Below are positions 38,601-49,823 of a stretch of 64,000 bases of DNA, piece by piece; position 1 is the stretch's first letter; each line of letters starts with the position of its first letter. The notes beneath the pieces are model-generated. The model ran no database searches, was not told the DNA's origin, and saw only the letters and a list, made by a program, of their open reading frames with translations. The position numbers and the translations under genes are program-made. The stretch is from Saprolegnia diclina VS20 (lineage: Eukaryota), in contig NW_008246071.1 in NCBI RefSeq assembly GCF_000281045.1, positions 695,315 to 759,314 on the forward strand, in the 5' to 3' direction.

Positions 38601-41600
38601 GCCGACCCATCTGTGACCGTGATAGTGAGCCCCGAGTCCAATGCCTGGACGGCGCTTTGGACGGCTGCAGCGGTCGCGGTCGCGGGCAACTGCACTGTCG
38701 TGGACTGCATGCCTCGCAAATACAGGAGCTTGAACGACCCACCCGGCACGGCCTGGCCCTGCACGACTTCGACAACGTCAATGCGTCGGTTGCCAGTGAG
38801 CGCGAAGGTATTGCCTGTCATCGAAGGCAAATTCCCGGCGGCATTTTGAACTGTGGTGAACGTGACGGTGAAGCCGCCAGTGCAGCCCGTGATCGGACAC
38901 GGCGCACAGGCTGTCGTTTGGCCACCGACAAAGGCTACCGACACAAGAGTAACGGTCGTGAGCTCCTGCAGCGTCGCCTTGATGTTAGCCGTTGATGTCT
39001 CGGACGCAGCGATCGGCGCCGTCGTCAGTCCCATGAACGTCAGCGTAAAGCTACCGCCGCTTGCGTCGCAGTTGACCCGTTGGACTTCGACGGCGGCCGG
39101 GGCTGCGTATGTGCTTGCAAGACGCACGAGCTGCACTTCGTTCACCACCGTTGCAGACGTCGTAATGGTTTGCACTGCATTCACGACGGGGACGTTCAAC
39201 GTGACGGCTTGCACTTCATCGACAATCTGGGCCGTGTCCCAGTCAACTTGGTACGCATCGATGGGAGCGCCGCCGTCGCTCAGCGGCGGGTACAGCGTCA
39301 TTTGTAGCGTCTGCTGGTCAATAATCGCGACCGAGACGTTTTGCGGAGACTGCGGCGGCTCTATCCCATTCCCAACAATGAAGAACACGAGATTGAAGCA
39401 CACGACATACGTGCAGACGGGATTGCAAATGTCGGGAACGCCATCGCCGGTGCGCTGGTGCCCACTGCGTTGATGGCGCTGACACGAAAGTAGTACGGAA
39501 TATTCGTGTCCAACTGCGACACGGCCACCGACAGCTGACTCAAATCGGTGAGGAAAACCGACCCGAACGGAACCCCTACGCCGTGTTGTTAGTACAATGC
39601 ACAATATTGTCGTAAGGTCACACCATTGGCCACGTCTTTCGAGTTGAACGGCGGTGCTATGCCTTGCACCGCCTGCGCGACCGTGACGGTTGGCACCGTT
39701 CCCGTCAACGATGCAAAGTCGGCCGTGATCATCGGGAGGTTCCCGAGGTCGTATAAGAACGAGATTGTCCACGTGTATCCTTGGTTCGGGTCCATGTTCG
39801 ACCGGACGACGTTGACGCCGTGGATCGTTGAGAGAAGCTCAAGCGCATTCTTCATGCCCGGCGCGTCAATGTTGAAGGGCAGGTACCCTGTTGATTGACC
39901 CTTGAATTGCAGCGAGAACGACCCGGCGAGCACGCTCGACGTGCCGAGTTGCACCGATGCAACCGTGAGCGTGTCGGTGCCCGCGGTCGCTGTCGCCCCG
40001 TACGCTCCGGACGTCCCGACATTGAGGAGTGGAAGATTGCCCGCGTTGGTGTTGAACGTGATCTGCCACGTGCAGGTCTGTTTCGCACCAGCCGTCGCGG
40101 TCACTGTGACGCTGCCAATGTTGGCGAGCTTCTGGAGCTCTGTTTGAATGATTTGAATCGTGCCGTCGCGAACCGTCGTCACGGCCACCGTATCGTCACC
40201 AAGCGTGGCGCTGCTGAGTGGCGCCTGACCGTTGACGACAACTGCGAGCGGCGCCAAGTTGCCCGGCATGTTGGTAAAGGTCACTTGCCATTGACACGCC
40301 TGTGTCGCAAGCTGCGCGACAGACGACACGACAATCGGGGCGCCCGTGAGTCGTTGTAGCTCCGACGTGATTGACGTTGCACCACCTGCGCAGTCGCCAT
40401 TCTTGGCGTTGGCAAAGATTGGATTCGTGAGCGACGTGACACCAGCGTTCGACGTAAACGCGAGCTGAAACGAAGTGAGCGGGGACACCACGTTGTCGCC
40501 GCCCACCGCCGTCGTGTCGACCGTCGATGTCGTGATTTGCTGCACCTCGGTGAGCGTCGGCAAGCACGTGCCGTCGCCCATGGGGTTAGCTGGGATCGGC
40601 CCCGTCGTCGTCGTCGCGCCGTTGTAGACAAATTGGAGCTGAAACATGGTGTTGGTCGCAACGTTGGCACCGGTTGTCGACGACGCCAGACTCTGAATGG
40701 CCTGCACTGTGCCTGGACGCGTAATGACAACGTTGATCGCTTTCGACGACTGGCCATCGCTACGCGTCTCCGTGAGCCCCGTCGCTTGGTACGTGAACGC
40801 GGGGAGCGCGCCCGCAAGACTCAAGAACGAGACTGTCCACGTGTAGCCGCCTTGATAGTCGGGGCCGCTTCGAGTGACTTGGAGCGAGCCCGTGGCGACG
40901 GCTTGCAGCGCCGTCTGCATTTGGGTTACCGTGGCGGCCGCCGGCAGCGCCACAGTCGGCGATCCATTGTAGAGCAACACAAAGGTACCACCGAGCTGGT
41001 TGCCCCGTACGGTCGTGACCACGGTCGAGACGGCGCCGATAGCCGAGAATCGGGACGCTGTCGTCATCGTCGGAAGATCACCGGCGTTCATGTTGGAGAG
41101 GAACGTGATCGACCACGCATAGCCTAGCTGGTTGTCGGGCCCGGACCGCGTGACGCTCACAGTGCCGACCGTCGGAAGCGCCTGCAGTGCGGTTTGAACG
41201 TCTGCGGCGGCGGCGTTGTACGCAATGTTGGCGGTCGCACTGCCGCCAAACGTCAGTGTAAAGTACCCGTCGGCGATGACATTGCCCGGTGTCGGAGTTG
41301 TCACCTTGACGTCGGCGCCGGCACCAATGAGTGCCGAGCTTGCGACCGACAGCTGCGGCACGTTGCCCATGGCCGCAGCAAACGTGACAGACCATGAGTA
41401 GCCACCTTGCGCGTCGGCAGCCGACCGCGTCACGGCCGTGATGCCGGCGGCGCCGATGTTGGCCATGGCGCCGAGGATCTCCTTCACGCACGATCGGTCG
41501 CCGGTGGCTCCCGCCGTGTAGCCAATGACACCCGACAGTTGGATCGATCCACCCGAGCTCGTTGTGTCAAGCTGGAGCGTAAAGCCGCCACCGAGCGTCT

Positions 41601-42072
41601 GCCCTGGCGCCGCCGACGTCGTAATGACCTGGACTTCCTGCACAAGCGTGGCGGTGGTCGTGACGACCTGCACAGCATCGATGTCTTGGGCAGAGGTCGT
41701 GATCGTTTCCACTTGGTTGGGGCCCGTGAACGTGGACGTCGTGATGGTTTGCACCGCTTGAACACCAGGATTCGGGTCCCAGTCGACCTACAAAGGTGAT
41801 GAGGTCCCAGCGTGTCGATGTGACACGGACCGCATAGGCAGAGATGCCAGAGCCGCCATCGGTGACAGGCGGCTGAAAGGCCACGAGCACCGTTTCTTCA
41901 CTTTGTACAACCAGCTGGACGCTGGCAGGCGGCGATGGCACTAGTATCACCGTGACCAACGAGGTCGCGCTGGCAACGACGTACCTGTTTGGGCGAGGAC
42001 GAGCCAGGCAGCGGTAGTAATCAGAAGCCAGAGGCAGCGGGCTTGGGCGCGGAAGCGCCATGGGACCACCAT
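11625..42072 (-). CDS. Giant secreted multidomain protein (~10,071 aa) with FN3, filamin and PA14 domains plus unnamed repeat modules. Exons 42072-41985, 41940-41831, 41787-39624, 39575-39411, 39360-13322, 13274-11625
   Basis: The 8827-aa, 721-aa and 545-aa ORFs join in frame through five 43-50 nt GT-AG introns (41941-41984, 41788-41830, 39576-39623 with TACTAAC branch site, 39361-39410, 13275-13321). Exon total 30,216 nt = 10,072 codons. Exon 1 gives a signal peptide MVVPWRFRAQARCLWLLITTAAWLVLA-QT. Repeated FN3 'W.PP...GG..I..Y.VEW' and 'Y.VRV.A.N..G'; filamin 'AG..A.F.IQAKD..GN'; PA14 'GL...YF.N...SVRW.G.L'. No C-terminal TM segment. Confidence 0.92.
25235..25655 (-). other. PA14 domain 3 within the giant protein
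   Basis: 'NGLVGSYFNNRWLLGDPVLERIDADVNFYW...DYVSVRWAGYLQPAFSEPYTFSVQVDDGARLWVN...LEYRENTGTAACILSWSS'; retains the DD (VDDG) motif. Confidence 0.88.
29230..29705 (-). other. PA14 domain 2 within the giant protein
   Basis: 'GGLRATYFRD...RLDATIAFIWG...NFSVVWVGELTPPTTDTYTI...LMVAWASS'. Confidence 0.8.
33620..34040 (-). other. PA14 domain 1 within the giant protein
   Basis: 'GGLQSWYYDNYWLQDNPVAVKIDSNVQFAWG...DYVSVRWWGKLLPPATDVYLFNVQASHGVRLWLN...RLEYHKATGSAYINLQWSS'. Confidence 0.85.
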
Positions 42073-42139
42073 CGAGGGTCTCGACAACCCACGGATTCTA
42101 GTGCACTGCCAAGCGTCGTCGATCTTTCGTGGCTACAGC

Positions 42140-42200
42140 GCTTTGATTGGTCCAAACTAAAACCGTAGAAGATCCAGCGCCAGGGATTTAGCCAATCATA
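42140..42200. promoter_or_regulatory. CCAAT boxes in the divergent promoter between the giant gene and the DHHC gene
   Basis: 'tgattggtcc' at ~42144 and 'agccaatca' at ~42190, in a ~410-bp head-to-head interval. Confidence 0.5.
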
Positions 42201-42481
42201 CGACGCGAGCCTTCGAAATGCAGTGTACCCACCCAAGCTCTCAACTTCGACTGCACAAGGTGCTCGTTGTCTGCTGCGGAGCTACAACTTTAGGACCTCA
42301 GCCGAGGAGTAGCGCAACCTCCTCTCGTATTGACACGCCCCAATGCACGTTCCCGGTGTGTCCCGATCCGTTTCAAGGGTATCCATCGACAGGGTACCCC
42401 AAAAACGATTAGATATGGGGTCCCCATAAAACGCCGAGACGAGGGTGGACCCCAGAACACGAGACTTGGCTGCCAACGAGG

Positions 42482-44148
42482 ATGCTTTTCCTGGCGGCGC
42501 TCGTGCTCTTCTTGGTGACATCGCTGCTTGTTGTTATCGTCGTCTTCTGCGCTAATGACACGAGGTATTGCACTCAACACGCGGCTGCATGTGCACGGCT
42601 CGTATTGCGTAGCGACGGGTTCATGGGACGCCTCCATCGATGGCTGCTCAACGACGTGCCCAATGCACTGAGGTAGCTTTGGTCTCGCCTACGCAGCTGA
42701 CGTCCCGCTGCTGTAGCGATGGCATCTTGCGTCTCTGCGGTGAGCGCGCCCACCGCCACGTGGTCGCCACCGTGCAGTATGTGCTCCACGAGCGTAATCC
42801 GCTCATGCAGGTACAACGCCGTCTTTGCACTTTGAACCGCCGGCCTGTACACCGATGTAGATGGTCTACCTCTTGCTCGTGGGCGGTGGCTACGGCCTCT
42901 TTCTGATTTACGGCCAACCGTTGATTCCCAATGTCTACCTTGCCCCGCACCACACGTACGTCGCCGTCGTGCTCGTTGCCTGCGTCCACATGCGCGCGTA
43001 GGATTTGTGTGTTGTTCCTGGCTACAGCCGCGCTCTGCACCTTTTTCCAGGCCTCTTCCACGTCCGCTGGCATCTTGAACGAGCGTACGTGGCGCGTGCT
43101 CGCCTCCTGTCCCAATATCGCGTAGGCACGTCACGATGGCACGATCATTACCCGTTCGACGGCGTCATGTATAAGAAGGACAACACGTGCAGCACCTGCA
43201 AGTGCATCAAGTACGCTCTCTTGTCGCTCCAGGCGTGGAGACGATGACCAACTGTATGGTGCAGGGTCGCTCGTTCCAAGCACTGCACGGTGTGCAACGT
43301 CTGTGTCCCGCGCTTTGACCACCGTACGTTGTCGATCATCGGCTTATTGCATGCTGATGCCTCGCGTAGACTGCGGTACGCTCTTCGCAGGCCGATGTGA
43401 CGGCACGTCATGATCACAGGGTGGCTCAATGCGTGCGTGGGCGAGCGCAACTACAAGAGCTTTCTTGCCTTCATCATCGTACCTCATGCTTCTCATCCTG
43501 CTCTCTCTTCACGTTATATGCGAATTAGACCAACGCATGCTTCCTCCTCTACGGCGCCTACGTGCTTACTTGCATCCTGCTCAGCGAAGTCCATTCTTTC
43601 ATGCAAAGGTGTGTACAACTTGTCATGCGTCGACTAGGTGGTGACCCTGCAGCTCTTCCAGTCGCAGTTTGTCGACCAGGCAACCGGCGCGCCGACGAAC
43701 GCGACGACGTTCATCGTGTTTCGCTACATGCTTCACATCCATCCGGTCAACATGATGCTTCTCTTCATCTGCGTCGTCATGGGTGCGCGTCATCACTTTG
43801 TCTGGCAGGCGATGGACAATGTGTCTGTTTTAGGCGCGGCCCTAACCTGCTTTTCGCTCTTCCATTTGCGTCTTGTCGCGCAGAACCGGACGACCAACGA
43901 GTTTTTCAAGTACGACACGCGCGTGCATCTCCAGTGCGCGAACTCGTGATGCGACCATAGGCAACGCAGCTTGCGCACGGCGACGCGCGACGCGTATACG
44001 CTCGAGTCGTTCTGGGCCAATGTTGCCGAGGTTCCGCGCTTCCAATTCGCATGACGCAACGTTTCGTGCGTAGGTGCTCTTCCCCGTTTGCGACCAGCGC
44101 CTCCAAAAGGCGCTCGACCTCCATCACGCCAAGGCCAAGCAAGAGTAA
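42482..44148 (+). CDS. DHHC palmitoyltransferase (Swf1/ZDHHC4-like), intron-rich
   Basis: Spliced 'YPFDGVMYKKDNTCSTCKCIK/VARSKHCTVCNVCVPRFDH/HC/GWLNACVGERNYKSF'; 'ERNPLMQ'; 'NRTTNEFFK' (TTxE motif); hydrophobic TM segments. Confidence 0.92.
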
Positions 44149-44171
44149 GCAGCAAGCAACAACATGGCATC

Positions 44172-44857
44172 TTACTCGTCAAGGGCCAACGCAGCGACGG
44201 TCGATGGCATGGACGCGCGCACCGACCGCACGCGCGCCGGCGTTACGTATCCTGTCAACGACTCGGCGGGCGTTGCGCCGTGCGAGACAAACCGGCGACT
44301 GATCCACTCGGCCGTCAAGCACGCATAGATGCCGCAGTCGACGCCGTTGGTTTGCTGGGCACACGCCATGGCTTGGACGGTTGCGGTCGCCGGGTCTTGG
44401 CCGAGCGCGAGCAAGAGGACGCGTGCGAGCTCGTAAGCGCTGTCGATATTGTGGTTGCTGCTCGAGTCATAAAACTCAAACGCGTTGGTCGCTTGACGGT
44501 AGACGAGCAGCGCCCAGTGGGTGCCCTGCGACGCAAAGCTCGATCGGTCGTTCACGGGCAGCAGCACAAGCGCCTTGGTGTGCAGATCGAGGCCATTCGC
44601 CAGGTCGGCCAAGTCCTCGGGGTCGTCACACTAGTAGGTCGTAGCATCGCCATGGTGCATGGGCATCGTCGTACCTGTAGCAGCATGCAGGACGCCACCG
44701 CCGGGTCCATGAGGAGGACATCGTCTGCACCGCCGCACATCTCGTAATGGATCATCGTCAAGTAGAAGTGCACGGCGGCGTCATTGAGCCACTGGTTCCG
44801 CGGGAAGAGCGCCAGGTCCCGCTCGTACAGCTGCGCGTCGTGGAACCGAATGGCCAT
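44172..44857 (-). CDS. SENP8: NEDD8-specific protease (SENP8/NEDP1, peptidase C48), one intron at ~44632-44674
   Basis: 'LYERDLALFPRNQWLNDAAVHFY', 'LLPVND...GTHWALLVY...FYDS', 'QQTNGVDCGIY'; His-Asp-Cys triad intact. Confidence 0.93.
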
Positions 44858-45060
44858 CCCTGGTTTCTTGTGTTAGACGCGAGCATCTGCCGTGTTATAC
44901 CTATTCAACATATTACACTATTGTTGTAATCCGCAGTGCCATAACGTCAAATGCACGGAAATCGTGTGCGACATGCCTTGAATACTGTGATAAATCAATG
45001 AACACTATTTATGAGCAGTTACACATCTCGGTTTCACTCAGCGCAGCGTAACCAGCAAGC

Positions 45061-47238
45061 ATGGACCACGCTCCATCAGCCTTGCAGGCGGTGGCTCTTG
45101 CCGCCAAGCAAGACGATATCGCTGACGATACCATCCAAGAAGCTCTGCCAGAGACCAAGGAAAAGCCACCTGTGCCGGCGCAACCTGCGGACGACCCGGT
45201 CGACGAACTCTTTGGCAGCGACGATGACCAACCATCCAAACCCGCCGAGCGCGTCCTTGCTCCTCGCCCGACAAGTCTCGTCGACGTTGCCAAAGACGTG
45301 AATACTAGTCGGCCATCATTGCTCCAAGTTGCGCAGCAAGAAGCTTCCCAGCATGCGCCGAGCCTCGTTGCCGTCGCCCGTGACGGCAGCAGTCGCAAGA
45401 GCCTCATGGATGTGGCCGCCGAGTCCGCCGCAGCCACACGGTCGAGCCTTATTGAGGCCGTGGCCAACATACCATCTGCATCCGAGACGCTACTTGGCGT
45501 GGCCAAGACGGTGCAGTTGCAACACCAGTCCACGATCGCGACGGTCCTCGGCAAGGTCGCCGACGACGAACGACGTGCGAGCGACCGGCACATTACAAAG
45601 ACGCTCCGCGCGGCCGCGACCGAGGTGACGACGCAGCGTGACGTGGATGCAGGCGCGACGCTAGCGACGGCGGCGGCTGAGGTCCGCGCCGAGCGAGCGT
45701 CGTTTGCCTACAACCATTCGGACACCAAGGTCGACGTGGCCGTTGACATTCTCGTGCGCCAGCCAACGTTGTCGCCAAAGAAAGCACCGCAACGAGTCGT
45801 CGGGTCCGTTGATCGCGCTGTCCTCCAAAGCCGTCAGAGCCACGGACTCAAGCACTCGGGGCCGCTCCTCAAATCGCGCAAGGACCAGCTCTCTTCGTAC
45901 CAGCAGGACCATTTGACCGCCACGCAAAAGCGACTCTTGTATGCAACGCTCGTCGAGCACAAACCGTCGTCCAAGCGAGGTAGAAACCTAGCACTGCTGA
46001 CAATTATTGCCATATTTTTATCCAATATCTATGATAGACAACCAAACGCGCATGGTCTATCTCGCAAACTACAAACCATTTTGTCCACTTGGCGCGATGT
46101 AGGCGGCGATCGAGCGCATGGCGACGCCGACCAAGCCAAAGTAGATGTATATTTACATGGATGTACTTTACACTTAAGTGTAGACGCTTGCTCGGGAAAG
46201 AAAAATACGCGCGCGAAGACGACCGCAAGCACTGTCGGTTCAAACCGCGACTCGGCCGCGGGTCGCACGAGTCGGGCGGACGCAGCGACGACGACGATGA
46301 GACAGACAACCAAGACTTTATTCGGCGCATGGAAGCCGCCGAGAAGGCCAAGAATGAGGTAGTATCTGCACTCGCTCGCCAAACCAACTAATGTTGCTAT
46401 GTATATCTAGTCGATTCGGCGCAACCGCGAAGAGCGCGAGTACATTGCCCAACTGGACAAAAAGGTGGTGACGTTCCAACGCTGCGTTGTATTGACGGGT
46501 TCTGGACGATCCCGCAGGAGTGCCCCAAGTGCGGCAACCTCCAGTCCTACTCAGAAGTCAAGCAGAAGCGCAAGCAGTGCCCCAACTGCGGCGTCGCGTA
46601 CCGGTCCCGCATGGCGTGGGGCGACGTCGAGTCGGACTTCTTCACGCGTGTCTCGGACTTTGAGTCGCATAAAGCGTCCCGGCGTCAGCAAGTGGCGGCA
46701 GCGACGACGCCCGTCTTTCGCGTGCTGGAGCGCAAAGTGCTCGACCCGCATACGCACACGATCACGACCCAGCGCCTTCGGCCCCTCACCTGGGTAGCCT
46801 GGTTCATCCTCTTCTAGCTGACATCATTGGTGCTAGAACGACGTCGAGGCAGACTTTCTTGGGCGCGTGCAGCTGGACGAGATGAACCGCATTCTGGTAC
46901 GTTCACCGCCGAATTGGCGAAGGGGCAAGTAGTTGCCTGACAACCTGTACATTGGTAGAACCGAGAGGAGCTCGAGCGCGAGTTCTACGGCTTCCTTACG
47001 TTTCACCCGAGCATTACGCCCCACGCCAAACGCGTAAAACACCATCGGCAACGTCGAGACGACATGACCTGCACATGTAGCTGACGTATGCGCGCTTTGA
47101 AGAACGCATGCAGCGCGACATTGACGACCGAGCGAGTCGTCTCGCGCAGGTACAGCTCGGCACGGATCGAATTTTGATTCATGAACGCGAGGGTAGTATG
47201 AGATGCGCGCCAAGCACGCGCTGTCGTACGATGGGTAG
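45061..47238 (+). CDS. Hypothetical multi-exon protein with N-terminal short helical repeats and a C-terminal CxxC..CxxC zinc ribbon
   Basis: Long first exon from 45061, then small exons: 'NQDFIRRMEAAEKAKNE', 'ECPKCGNLQSYSEVKQKRKQCPNCGVAYRSRMAWGDVESDFFTRV', 'TWNDVEADFLGRVQLDE'. Likely stop TAG at 47236-47238. Confidence 0.6.
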
Positions 47239-47283
47239 CAACAGAGTACGCAAAGAAACGAATGGCTGTATCTCAAGAGGCGG

Positions 47284-49162
<1,879 letters not shown>

Positions 49163-49823
49163 CCTGCGGCTTGGTCGGTCCAAAAGTCAGTGAAGTTGGA
49201 CGCGATCACGTCGCCGGATACAAAGCCAGGTGCAAACAGGTGGCGGCTTTTTTATCCGGATGATGGCCAACCGCGCGGGTTGGCGGAGTCGTCGGCAGCG
49301 ACCTTTGAGGCGACCGGCGTAGCCTCCGCAAGCCTCTGTGTAACGAGGAAGCACGCCGAGAGCGCGGTCGCCACTCGATCGAGAACGACCGCGCAAGGCA
49401 GAGTCACCCAAGAGCTAGAGTAGGCGCCACCCATGTCACAGCGCTGCGTTGGTTGCCTCTACAGCGCTCGTACAGTAGGACGCCAGGCGCCGTGCAGTGC
49501 CAATGCATCTTTATGTCGAGGCGCCTAAACAAGCGCGAATGCATTTTGACCCGAAGTCGATTTACACGTCCACATGATGTCCAAGTGGCAGCTGCATTGC
49601 GACGGCGGTCCAACTGCGCGAGGATGAACGAGACAGGTTGAACCGGTGGGCAACGCATCTCAATCCGCGCACGGCGCTTCAAATGGTAGCTACTATAGAG
49701 TACGAAAGTACTAGAGATGACGTTCATGGGACTACTTTGTGTTCAAGTTGGGCGAGATTGGTGTCGGAGCTGCATGCTCTTGCTCGTCGCCACCAAAAAG
49801 ACAATATTGAATGCAGAGGGGTG

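Noticed and set aside
39411..39772. ORF-track N-terminus of the 8827-aa ORF (MDNLVLIRPREPP...)
   Set aside because: Out-of-frame read-through of exons 3-4 and introns; the real frame enters this ORF at the acceptor at 39360/39361.
41567..42061. ORF 'MALPRPSPLPLAS...' as the start of the giant gene
   Set aside because: The ATG at 42072 in another frame gives a signal peptide and splices in phase through the GT-AG intron 41984-41941.
11625..42072. Integrated prophage or giant-virus segment, or a true titin orthologue
   Set aside because: It is a single spliced gene with a eukaryotic signal peptide and no capsid, terminase, integrase or polymerase genes. It has no I-set Ig or kinase domains, so 'titin' would reflect only FN3 similarity.
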